The notes under the pieces are model-generated. The model made no database searches, was not told where the DNA came from, and saw nothing but the letters and a program-made list of their open reading frames with translations. Shown here piece after piece: positions 28,460 to 37,238 of a DNA stretch of 64,000 nt (position 1 is the stretch's first letter; each line of letters begins with the position of its first letter). Made by a program: the position numbers and the translations under genes. The DNA lies in IMG/VR virus record IMGVR_UViG_3300027759_000046, positions 186,001-250,000 of that record. One strand, written 5' to 3'.

Positions 28460-28483
28460 TAATTTAAAGAACTTATGTTAATA

Positions 28484-28699
28484 TTATAACGCTAATTCGG
28501 ATTTCGGTTTTACTTTTAGCGAATTTTTTTCTAAAAAAGTTTGAAAACCTTCGTAGATGTAATTCGTTGTGCACTTAGTCGACTGTTGCAGAGTCTTTAT
28601 GTAGGTGTGGCCGTTGGGCGCTAAGTAAAATCCAATTACAGTTTCTTCGCCTTGATCGCCAATCAGGATCAAGTCTTCAAGTTGAATTGAGTCTCTCAT
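28484..28699 (-). CDS. hypothetical protein
   Basis: 71-aa ORF coupled to the upstream gene (ATGA overlap). Confidence 0.6.
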   Translation of the reverse strand: MRDSIQLEDLILIGDQGEETVIGFYLAPNGHTYIKTLQQSTKCTTNYIYEGFQTFLEKNSLKVKPKSELAL

Positions 28700-28914
28700 T
28701 GTTTTTTATAGCGTCTGCGAAAGAAGATAGAGAGCCCAAAGAATAGAGCCGCAATACAGTACAATACGAAATTCGCTCTCCACAAAGTCCCAGTGAGGTG
28801 GATTAGCCAGTACTGGACGATGTCGAACCCGAACGGATTGAAGAACAGAGCTATCATCGCGCACCATGTCGCTAGGTTGCCCAATAACGTTTTTCTCCAA
28901 GTTTCTACTATCAC
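28696..28914 (-). CDS. small membrane protein (2 TM)
   Basis: ALFFNPFGFD, two hydrophobic helices, basic tail. Confidence 0.65.
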   Translation of the reverse strand: MIVETWRKTLLGNLATWCAMIALFFNPFGFDIVQYWLIHLTGTLWRANFVLYCIAALFFGLSIFFRRRYKKQ

Positions 28915-28962
28915 TATCCATAGATTTTTTGAAATTTGTAAATTCGAGTTTATTTATCCAGT

Positions 28963-29244
28963 TTACCACTTCGCTTCTTGACCAATATCCGGTAGAGCAC
29001 AATGAAATCCTTGTAGTCTAGTTTTGGCCTCAAGAAAACAGCCGCAAATTTTACACTGAACGAATGTTGGATTGAAATGATCGCATGCTTTACATAAGTC
29101 CATGCGACGAGTCTTTTCAATTTCCGGAACAAAAACCTTGTTCAAGATTCTTGACATTACTGTCGGTTGGCTTGATGTTTGAGAACCGCCGCCGCATCCA
29201 CAATTAGCTGTGGTCGTTTCAGTAGTTTGGTTAGTTTCTGACAT
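28963..29244 (-). CDS. Cys-rich metal-binding protein (DUF6171-like)
   Basis: R..CKAC...CKICGCFL..K.....C......KW. Confidence 0.75.
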   Translation of the reverse strand: MSETNQTTETTTANCGCGGGSQTSSQPTVMSRILNKVFVPEIEKTRRMDLCKACDHFNPTFVQCKICGCFLEAKTRLQGFHCALPDIGQEAKW

Positions 29245-30219
29245 TTAATCTAATACTTTTTCAAAGACTCTTTTATCATCAAACTCCAGGTAGTTTTCAA
29301 GTAATTTACCTGAATTCTGACGATACTGAAGTACTGCAAGATCTTTGGCCTTTGCCTCAACCTCGATATCGAAAGTGAGTCCATAAGTATTTATCTTCTC
29401 ATAAACATGATCGGCATGTGAACGTGCAATAACCGTAGGATCCTCGAACGTTTTCCTACAGCTTGAATAGTGAGTAAGAGGTGTATGGCCGTGCCAAGTA
29501 GTCGAAGCAAGACGTAGCGCGGCTTCCTCAGTAAGATCGCCAGTATTGAAACGGTGATGATGGAAATCGAATGTGATTGGCGTGCCGATTTTGCAATAGA
29601 CTAACGAGTAAAGATCGGCAACTGAATACTGGGCAGCCTTATCGTCGTTTTCGACAACTAGACGAGCTTTTGTATTTGGGTGTAATACTTTAAAATTCTC
29701 GCAGAACCTAGCGGCAGCCGATTCCCTGTCGCCATAGGATCCACCTAGATGAATATTAATTGGGAACTGATAGGTAATAGGTAAACCCATTAAGGTCATA
29801 ATCTCGGCATGCTGGTTAAGATCCTTGATTGTTTTACGAACAACATTTGGATTTGGAGAACACAAGACATCGAACTGGCCTGGATGCATTGAGATACGCA
29901 TGCCATGCTGTAGCGCAAATTCGCCAATTGCTTGCAGATCAGGTAGAATATCGGCAAAGTTAGGTAACTCAGTAATCTCGTACTCGGACATCCATGGAAA
30001 GATATCGCTAGACATACGATACACAAAGATATCGTTTGCAAGATTCCAGCGCAGAATTTTAAGAATGTCCTTGACGTTTTGATGAGCGAGCTCGCCACAA
30101 TATACTTGACCCTTTTCCTGAAAGGTTCTCTTGATCATGCCACGGTTGGCTGTAATCTTTTGGTCGGCTAGTGATAAGTTAATACAGCAGTAGCCAAGTC
30201 TGACGTTAGAATTTTGCAT
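29245..30219 (-). CDS. uvsE: UV DNA damage endonuclease
   Basis: RLGYCCIN, YRMSSD, RISMHPGQF, INIHLGG, RLVVENDD, FDFHHH, HAD, EAKAKD; start MQNSN at 30219. Confidence 0.93.
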   Translation of the reverse strand: MQNSNVRLGYCCINLSLADQKITANRGMIKRTFQEKGQVYCGELAHQNVKDILKILRWNLANDIFVYRMSSDIFPWMSEYEITELPNFADILPDLQAIGEFALQHGMRISMHPGQFDVLCSPNPNVVRKTIKDLNQHAEIMTLMGLPITYQFPINIHLGGSYGDRESAAARFCENFKVLHPNTKARLVVENDDKAAQYSVADLYSLVYCKIGTPITFDFHHHRFNTGDLTEEAALRLASTTWHGHTPLTHYSSCRKTFEDPTVIARSHADHVYEKINTYGLTFDIEVEAKAKDLAVLQYRQNSGKLLENYLEFDDKRVFEKVLD

Positions 30220-30232
30220 AGGTTTATTATAC

Positions 30233-30258
30233 AAAAAAAGGGACCGTAAGGTCCCTTT
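30233..30258 (-). terminator. intrinsic terminator
   Basis: AAAGGGACC-gtaa-GGTCCCTTT. Confidence 0.85.
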
Positions 30259-30277
30259 GATTTATAGTAAGCGGTTT

Positions 30278-30907
30278 TTAGAAATTAACCGATGAATAGT
30301 TTTTCGTAATTGACCTCAATACTCTCACAACGTCAACTGCGTCCTGTAGAGCATCGTGTGTTACGATTCCGTCAATGCCTGCTCGCTTCATGCACTCAGC
30401 CAAATTCGGTAAACCTGCATCCTTTGTCCAATCCATGCACAAGATAGCTGGATCAATCATGCGTTGTCTGATCTGTACTGATGATGACCATCCTGTCAGT
30501 TTTTGCAGAAAGAGTTTATCAAATGTTGCAAAGTTTTTACCAGCAACGGTGATTCGGACTTGACCAGTTTTTGAGTCTGGATCGCCTAATCCGTTTGCCT
30601 GCAACCATAAGCCGAATGATTTTGCAACGAGGCCTTCGGGTAAGATATTGTATTTCTTACGCAAGTCAGCTCGCTCTTCTTTATTCGCTCGTTCCAATTC
30701 GCCAAGCTGAGCCAGAATATCCTTATTCATGACCAGTGCAAATGGGCTGCCTGTGTATTGAGGGTGTTCAACTAGACACTTAAATCTAGGCAGGTCCTCA
30801 ATAGGTAATGGATTAGCTGTGTCCTCAATAACTGCACCGATCTGAATCGTTTGGCAAGTTTCTGGATCTAATCCCGTTGTTTCTATGTCTATTGATACGT
30901 ATTTCAT
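30278..30907 (-). CDS. DEDDh 3'-5' exonuclease
   Basis: SIDIETTGL, GKNFATFD, HDALQDA. Confidence 0.9.
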   Translation of the reverse strand: MKYVSIDIETTGLDPETCQTIQIGAVIEDTANPLPIEDLPRFKCLVEHPQYTGSPFALVMNKDILAQLGELERANKEERADLRKKYNILPEGLVAKSFGLWLQANGLGDPDSKTGQVRITVAGKNFATFDKLFLQKLTGWSSSVQIRQRMIDPAILCMDWTKDAGLPNLAECMKRAGIDGIVTHDALQDAVDVVRVLRSITKNYSSVNF

Positions 30908-30927
30908 GTAGTCTATTATACTATAGG

Positions 30928-31344
30928 TTAAAAAGGAAGGCTATCATCGCTCCAGTTAAAATCAGTTTCGGCTTGAGGTTTACTTGGTGTTGTATCAATA
31001 TCGCCGAATACATCGTCATCAAATTCTCCAGCATCAGCAGTTATGCCAATTGGACCGGATTTTTTCTGACCACTAATTCTCCAAGCCTCAAGGGTTGTGA
31101 AATATTTTACTGATCCTAATTTGTCTGTCCAGTCTCGGCCTTTTACGTCGAATGCAACTGAAACAGTATCGCCAATATCGAATGACTCTAGCATATCGCA
31201 TTTGTCTTGTACCAATTGGAAAAGGATTTTTTGTGGGTACTTATCTCCCACCTCAATTACGAATTCGCGTTTACGAAATCCCTTATTGAAAGTTTGCGCT
31301 GGGAACATCTCAATGATCGTTCCGGTTAATTCAAATTTATTCAT
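30928..31344 (-). CDS. DUF3127 family putative ssDNA-binding protein
   Basis: FRKREFVIE..DKYPQ, GRDW, YFTTLEAWRI, acidic tail ending DDSLPF. Confidence 0.85.
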   Translation of the reverse strand: MNKFELTGTIIEMFPAQTFNKGFRKREFVIEVGDKYPQKILFQLVQDKCDMLESFDIGDTVSVAFDVKGRDWTDKLGSVKYFTTLEAWRISGQKKSGPIGITADAGEFDDDVFGDIDTTPSKPQAETDFNWSDDSLPF

Positions 31345-31345
31345 G

Positions 31346-31825
31346 TTAGAAATCTGGGTTTGTTATTTTTATATCGTAGTTTTGGAAATTTTCAAAGTCT
31401 TTGCGATCAGCCTCAATACGGCGATCAACTGAGTCGCCTGGCATATTACGGTGAGTCATACGTTCACGCCTAACCTCTTCATCAATATCAATAAAGATTA
31501 CCAATGAATCTTTACGGGAGTCATCAGACAGGTGAGCTAAGCCGCTTGGTGTCATGATGAATATGTCATCCTCTTCAAATTGAGTTCGAGTAGTTCCGTA
31601 AATCCAGCCGTTAAACTCAACGTATTCATAGAACTCGTCATTTTTAATTAGACTCGCCGCCTGTTCTGGAGTCAAGAAGAAATAGTCTTGTCCATCAACT
31701 TCGCCTTCTCTTGGCGGGCGTGTTGTGTAACTAACTGCGTATTTAAAGCCGCGTGATTCAAATTTTTTGCGAAGGTAATCTTTGCCGCTTGCAGCACGAC
31801 CTACTATGATTATTCGTTTATGCAT
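31346..31825 (-). CDS. gmk: guanylate kinase-like protein
   Basis: GRAASGKD, SYTTRPPREGEVDGQDYFF, YGT. Confidence 0.88.
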   Translation of the reverse strand: MHKRIIIVGRAASGKDYLRKKFESRGFKYAVSYTTRPPREGEVDGQDYFFLTPEQAASLIKNDEFYEYVEFNGWIYGTTRTQFEEDDIFIMTPSGLAHLSDDSRKDSLVIFIDIDEEVRRERMTHRNMPGDSVDRRIEADRKDFENFQNYDIKITNPDF

Positions 31826-31831
31826 ATATGA

Positions 31832-33130
31832 TTAAAATTCTCTTTGTGTTTCGTATACTGTTTTAATAACTGGAAATCTTAATGAGTGGTTTCCGTGTTG
31901 ATCAGTCGTTTCTTCAAAAAACTGAACCGTAATTGTTTTACCTAAAATTTCATTTGGGTTTTGAAAGTAGTGGCGACGTTGTTCAAGAGAAAAACCTGAT
32001 CCAACTCTGACTTGATTGCCTTTATGCTGAACGAATACTGCTTTCAGCATTTCCTCTTCTTCTTCACGGCCGTTTTCAATAACTCGGTGAGTTCCGTTTT
32101 CAAGACCAGTTACTTGATACTCAGCATCATGCATCTTTTTAACCTTTAACAGGTTCTTTGAGCGTTTGCCTTCGTATCCAACATCCTTACGAATCATGAT
32201 GCCTTCGTATCCCATTTCAGTTGCATCAGCTGCAACCTTTTCAAAATGTTCTCGATCAGTTAATTTGAATTGAGGCAATGGCTCTGCGAATTCCAGTCCA
32301 GTACTCGATGCCACCAAGTAAGCATTTATCATGACTAACCTAGCAGATAGAGTTATTTCGCTTGTTCCGCTTGTAAATTCGTCAAGATCCAATAGGTCAA
32401 ATACATAATACTTTGGAGTTTCAATAGTGTGGTCCTTTTTGCCTATTTCTTTGATAATCCCCTGAAAATCTTCAAGGCCAGAATCTCGCATGATACAAAC
32501 TTCGCCATCTAGAACTTTAGACCTAAGACCCAATTTCATAAGGTCTTGGCGTAAAGCATCGAGAGTTAAGAACTCCTTGCCTTGACGAGAAAAGAACTTA
32601 ATATCACCAGCTTCATCAATTACGGTGATGCAACGAACTCCGTCTAGCTTACGACTTGCCCACCACATACCTGAATCAAAATCTACTTTCTTCTCAGCCG
32701 ATTCAAATTTTTCAGCTAATGCAACTTCAAAGGTCGGCACTGTCCCAGGCAGGACAGAATTGATTAAGGTAGAGGTTGCTCGGGTTTTAATATTGCGATC
32801 TATCACATCATAGATGATGTCTGCGAACTCCTTATATTTTGCGATAAAACCATTAACTGCTTGTATTGCATTGTGGCCAGTCACATGACGTTCATTCAGA
32901 TCATCAAGCATCGCAAACAGATCAGTATAATTATCGAAAATTAGGTCAGATCTCTTTTTGAGATTTGCTGAAGTAACATGATACTGCTTAAATGGCGTGT
33001 ACGTGTACTTAAATATTTTTCGTAGGAATGGAGAATCGTATTTTTGCAGAATCTCTTTTTTGGCATTAGTCGAAGAAGTAGCTTTCATCTCTTCAATAAA
33101 CTCCCTAAGGTTGGTAAAGTCTGTATGCAT
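31832..33130 (-). CDS. ATP-dependent DNA ligase
   Basis: SRKLDGVRC, LDGEV, YVFD, EGIMIR, LLKVK, VGSGFS, SLRFP. Confidence 0.95.
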   Translation of the reverse strand: MHTDFTNLREFIEEMKATSSTNAKKEILQKYDSPFLRKIFKYTYTPFKQYHVTSANLKKRSDLIFDNYTDLFAMLDDLNERHVTGHNAIQAVNGFIAKYKEFADIIYDVIDRNIKTRATSTLINSVLPGTVPTFEVALAEKFESAEKKVDFDSGMWWASRKLDGVRCITVIDEAGDIKFFSRQGKEFLTLDALRQDLMKLGLRSKVLDGEVCIMRDSGLEDFQGIIKEIGKKDHTIETPKYYVFDLLDLDEFTSGTSEITLSARLVMINAYLVASSTGLEFAEPLPQFKLTDREHFEKVAADATEMGYEGIMIRKDVGYEGKRSKNLLKVKKMHDAEYQVTGLENGTHRVIENGREEEEEMLKAVFVQHKGNQVRVGSGFSLEQRRHYFQNPNEILGKTITVQFFEETTDQHGNHSLRFPVIKTVYETQREF

Positions 33131-33153
33131 ACAATTATTATACTATACAAAAC

Positions 33154-33183
33154 AAAAAAAGTCGACACTAGGCCGACTTTTTC
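33154..33183 (-). terminator. intrinsic terminator
   Basis: AAAAAGTCG-loop-CGACTTTTT. Confidence 0.7.
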
Positions 33184-33201
33184 ATAAAAATATTTAGTTA
33201 A

Positions 33202-34740
33202 TTATCTTCTAACCTTTAGGAAGTCAGAGAATGAAGTAATCACAGTAGCTTCAGAAACTGCGGTAAATCCTCCTTGTTGACCGCCTTGTTGACCGCCTTG
33301 AACAGGAGTCTTTTGCATGTCTTGGGAAATCTTATCAACTTGTTGAGCAAGAGGTCCTCCACCTGTAATACCGGCCCAATAGCCGTTACATAGAGAAAGC
33401 ATGTCTCCGCTTATTTCAGAAGCAACGCAGTACTCGTAAAAGTCTCCGTCTTCTCCAAAATTCTTAGACCATACTTGTTTAACAACTGCTGCTGTTTGTG
33501 GGCTAAGTGAAGTGATCATGAAGGTGATTTGTAATTCGTCAGCTCCGTCAGTATAACCTTTTGCTAATTCTCTAATTTGAGTACAGAATGCAAATGCTGC
33601 ATCTTCAGCTGTGAAGTTTTGAGCTTGAACTGGTTCTGCACCGCTTGCTGCGGCTGAGAGAGCTCCGCCTGTTGCCATTCCGGCACCAACTCCTGCTCCG
33701 ATTTTTCCACCGACTTGAGCAGCTTTGCCTGCTTGAGTTAAGGTTGAGAAACCTGATTGAGCTGCTCTAAAGTCATTTGCACCAGCTGCCAGTCTTGAAA
33801 CGTTTGCCGCTCCTTGAACTCCAACACCAGTTGCTTCAGCTCCAGTTGTTGCCATTGCACCGCTTCTAAATGCTGTGAAACCTCCTCTTAATTTATTAAC
33901 GGCTCCAGCTGCTCTAACCGCTCTAGCTCCAGTAATAAGGCCTTTTGCCGCGGCTCCTACACCGAATGTACAAAGCCCAATCGCAACGTCTACTACCAAT
34001 GATTCTAGAAAATCTACTCCCATTCCGGTCGCAATATCTTGTTCAGTAACGGTATCACCGTAAACTGCTCTAGCTAAAACTTCAGGAGTTCCAGAGAAAT
34101 CTCCTTTAACCGCATCCATTAGGGACTCATTATATGCTGTCTGATATGCAGTACCTAATGCTTTGAATATTTCTGGCACGTTTGCACCTTTTTCGTAACC
34201 AATACGATAGATTGCTCCAGCTAATGCACCAAGCTTGTCTTCGTCTGTTCCAAAATTTAATCCGAAAATTGAACTTCCTTCAACACCCTTTCTAAATTGA
34301 GTTGCTAAGTAATTCATATCTAAACCTTCGATTACCTTAGACGTTGAATCCCAATCAATATAAACTCCAGATTTTCCAGACGCGGTTTTACCGCCAGCTA
34401 CATAGATTGAAACTGCGTATTCTTGGTCTCCGATTTTTACGGTAACTCGACCTGGACCAGATTGGCCAGACGCTACTAAGTTTGCAGACTCAGCGTTAAG
34501 CTTTAAGAATTCTGCGTCCGCTTTATCGCCTTTGCTAGCATTATCAATAATTAATTTCTTGATTGCCTGAACTTCCGGAGAATCAGTTGGTTCAATTGAA
34601 ATGGTATTACCTTCAGGTTTTGCACCAGGCGAACCGGCTGTGCCAGCGGTACCAGCTGAACCGGCTTCAGTTAGCGAATAGTAGCCCAAAGACTTGCTCT
34701 CGTTTAATATTGCGTAATTTCCTATGTTTATGTGTCTCAT
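33202..34740 (-). CDS. protein with two annexin-like repeats flanking a hydrophobic Gly/Ala-rich region
   Basis: FGTDEDKL...AYQTAYNESLMDAVKGDFSG and GADELQITFMI...CVASEISGD; leader ends ILNE. Confidence 0.65.
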   Translation of the reverse strand: MRHINIGNYAILNESKSLGYYSLTEAGSAGTAGTAGSPGAKPEGNTISIEPTDSPEVQAIKKLIIDNASKGDKADAEFLKLNAESANLVASGQSGPGRVTVKIGDQEYAVSIYVAGGKTASGKSGVYIDWDSTSKVIEGLDMNYLATQFRKGVEGSSIFGLNFGTDEDKLGALAGAIYRIGYEKGANVPEIFKALGTAYQTAYNESLMDAVKGDFSGTPEVLARAVYGDTVTEQDIATGMGVDFLESLVVDVAIGLCTFGVGAAAKGLITGARAVRAAGAVNKLRGGFTAFRSGAMATTGAEATGVGVQGAANVSRLAAGANDFRAAQSGFSTLTQAGKAAQVGGKIGAGVGAGMATGGALSAAASGAEPVQAQNFTAEDAAFAFCTQIRELAKGYTDGADELQITFMITSLSPQTAAVVKQVWSKNFGEDGDFYEYCVASEISGDMLSLCNGYWAGITGGGPLAQQVDKISQDMQKTPVQGGQQGGQQGGFTAVSEATVITSFSDFLKVRR

Positions 34741-34762
34741 TAGTTGTGTGAGCTTTTTTTAA

Positions 34763-35971
34763 TTATTTCTTTTCTTCGGTTCCTTCTGCTGGAGCGGTTG
34801 CCGTCTGTACTGCAACTGGAGCAGTTGCTCCTCCAGGTTTATTGATATAGATGAAACCTGCTTGACCAGCTGTTCCGCTTGTTCCGCCAGTACCACCAGT
34901 ACCACCAGTACCAGACGTTCCGCCAGTAGTTACAACTGGGTTAGTTCCTTTACCTGCAAGTTCCCAAAGCTCTTTTAATCGAGCTAGAGTTATTCCAACT
35001 TTTGTGCAGTATTTAGCAAGATATTCAACATCATTTGAGTTGACCGCATTATGTTCAGCTTCTTTTGCATCAAAGAACATTCCAAAGGCAGTTGCTGTGT
35101 TTGGACCGTAATTACCGTCCGGATTGCCTAATTTATCTTGAACCCTTTTTCCAGCCTCGCCGTATTTCTCAGCAAGAACTTTTTCTTTAAGGATTAGTTG
35201 AACGAATTTTACCTCTTGTCCCTTTGACCCTCTAGAAACTTTAATTCCGGTTTGAAGAGCTCTACCGTTAGGATTTGGGTCTTGCTTATTACTAACAATC
35301 TCAAATGCAAGAAGTTTCTCAGTTAAGTATTTTAAAATTTGATCGTCCGCAGCGGTGTCTTTCCAATCCCATGGAAATACTCCGCCAGTACCGCCTGTTC
35401 CAGAAGAACCGGCTGATCCAGCTGTACCGGTCGTACCTGCTGTTCCAGAAGAACCACTTGTTCCAGTTTCAACTTTAATAATCTCTGGTTTAACTACTGG
35501 ATTTAGGTCGGAATTCATTTTGGTAGCGTCCTCGGCTTTGTATAATTTAAGTTTACCATTTGAACTAGTTAAGAAAGGCTGCGCTTTTGATACGTCGTAT
35601 TTGGAAGCATCTCTAACAGATAAGATTCCCTTAAAGATTTGTTGGCCTGTTGCTGAACGCTCTTTGTCTTTAGTAACTGCAATGAATACGATATTATTTG
35701 CGACCTTTGACATTACTACTGCGCTCGCTGATAATTGATCAGCTGCATTCTTTTTAGCCTCATCTGGATTCTCAGTTTCCATTTTCATAACGAAATGAAA
35801 TGCAGCGATTTCGCCAGCATTAGCGTCCGGCTTATCTTCGTCAACTTTGAATTTTTGATCAGGGGTTAAAAATGAGAGTAGTGCTTCGTTTAGAGGCATT
35901 GTGCCCTTGGTTCCAGTTGACTTAGTATAGCTTTCGTTAATAAAGTCGTCAAATGATTTAAAACTTTTCAT
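34763..35971 (-). CDS. putative virion protein with peptidoglycan-binding domain and GT/GS repeats
   Basis: SRGSKGQEVKFVQLIL...PDGNYGPNTATA; leader MKSFKSFDDFINE; AATAAATA at 36021(-). Confidence 0.75.
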   Translation of the reverse strand: MKSFKSFDDFINESYTKSTGTKGTMPLNEALLSFLTPDQKFKVDEDKPDANAGEIAAFHFVMKMETENPDEAKKNAADQLSASAVVMSKVANNIVFIAVTKDKERSATGQQIFKGILSVRDASKYDVSKAQPFLTSSNGKLKLYKAEDATKMNSDLNPVVKPEIIKVETGTSGSSGTAGTTGTAGSAGSSGTGGTGGVFPWDWKDTAADDQILKYLTEKLLAFEIVSNKQDPNPNGRALQTGIKVSRGSKGQEVKFVQLILKEKVLAEKYGEAGKRVQDKLGNPDGNYGPNTATAFGMFFDAKEAEHNAVNSNDVEYLAKYCTKVGITLARLKELWELAGKGTNPVVTTGGTSGTGGTGGTGGTSGTAGQAGFIYINKPGGATAPVAVQTATAPAEGTEEKK

Positions 35972-36083
35972 TTATTTCTTTGTTTTTTGTTGGCTTTCAC
36001 CTTTTTATAATTTGTAAGATTATTTATTCGTGACAAGTGTCCACTTTATTATAGGGCAGCTACTCTAATAAATAATACAGACT

Positions 36084-37208
36084 ATGAAATACTTATTTGA
36101 ATTTGCTCAATACTCTGCACAACCTGCTCATACTGCATCTTTTGGTGTGCTCGGTGATCTGGGTAAAAAGTCTAAATTTGGAGAACAGACTGGATATTTT
36201 AAGAGCCTGATGGAAGAAGCTCAAGCTGGAGGCATGGATGCCTTTGTGTTTACAGAGTTTTCACCAGAAGGAGTGACTGCTTGGAGCCTGGACGGAGATG
36301 ACTGGCATGAATCAAAAAAGGCTTTACCTTCTGTATTTTACGATAGAAGTTTCAGAAAGAAAGACGGTGCTGGTAAAACTTCAAATACTCGAGCTCTATG
36401 CTCGATGGGTTGCACTCCATTAAACTCACCAGAGTTTAGAAAGCTCGCGCTAGACAAGCATTTAATGTATCAAAATTTAGCAGATCATTCAATTGACGGA
36501 ATGGGCTTACCTCATACTGAGAAGTACAGCGATTCAAAATTGATTCCATTCTTGCAAAAACATCCATCAGCTATTCTTAAACCTAGATTTGGTTCAGGTG
36601 GGCATGGCATAATCAAACTTTCTAAATCGGATTCAGGTTATGGAATCAATTATAAGGAAAATTCAATAGAGTGCCAGGAACCAGAATTGCTAAATAAACT
36701 TAATGAAATTCGTCAAAAGATGAATGCTAGCAAGAGACTCTATATTATTCAAGAGTGCATTGACTTGCCTAAATACAATAATGGAGTATTTGACGTTCGC
36801 GTAATTTATCAAAAGGGCAAGGGCGGAAGTCCTCTACGTACAGGTATGGCTGTAAGGCTTGCTGCACCAAATAAGGTTACAGCAAATCTACACCAAGGCG
36901 GAAGTCGAGAAACTCTAGGAAATGTATTGGGAACCTTGTTTAATCAAGACATGAATGGAGAAATTGCTGAATCGATTAGAAATTACTCAAAGGAGATTTT
37001 TGAGATATTAGACAGTAAAGTCGGGCCAATTGGAGAAGTCGGTATAGATTTCCTAATTGATCAAGGAGGTAGAGTTCATCTAATTGAGGTCAACTCTGTC
37101 CCAGGTAGAAACCTATTTCATATCTTACCGGATATTAGAGAGACTGCTATTAAAAGACCAGTCGAATACGCTAAGCACTTACTAGATAAACAAAAAAAGC
37201 CGCAATAA
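36084..37208 (+). CDS. YheC/YheD-like ATP-grasp protein
   Basis: LPSVFYDR, DKHLMY, LKPRFGSGGHGI, YIIQECI, FDVRV, ANLHQGG, GIDFLID, IEVNSVPG. Confidence 0.88.
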   Translation: MKYLFEFAQYSAQPAHTASFGVLGDLGKKSKFGEQTGYFKSLMEEAQAGGMDAFVFTEFSPEGVTAWSLDGDDWHESKKALPSVFYDRSFRKKDGAGKTSNTRALCSMGCTPLNSPEFRKLALDKHLMYQNLADHSIDGMGLPHTEKYSDSKLIPFLQKHPSAILKPRFGSGGHGIIKLSKSDSGYGINYKENSIECQEPELLNKLNEIRQKMNASKRLYIIQECIDLPKYNNGVFDVRVIYQKGKGGSPLRTGMAVRLAAPNKVTANLHQGGSRETLGNVLGTLFNQDMNGEIAESIRNYSKEIFEILDSKVGPIGEVGIDFLIDQGGRVHLIEVNSVPGRNLFHILPDIRETAIKRPVEYAKHLLDKQKKPQ

Positions 37209-37224
37209 AGCGGCTTTTCTTTTT
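37192..37224. terminator. bidirectional intrinsic terminator
   Basis: AAAAAAAGCCGC-aataaa-GCGGCTTTTCTTTT. Confidence 0.85.
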
Positions 37225-37238
37225 AAGTTAATGTCTAA

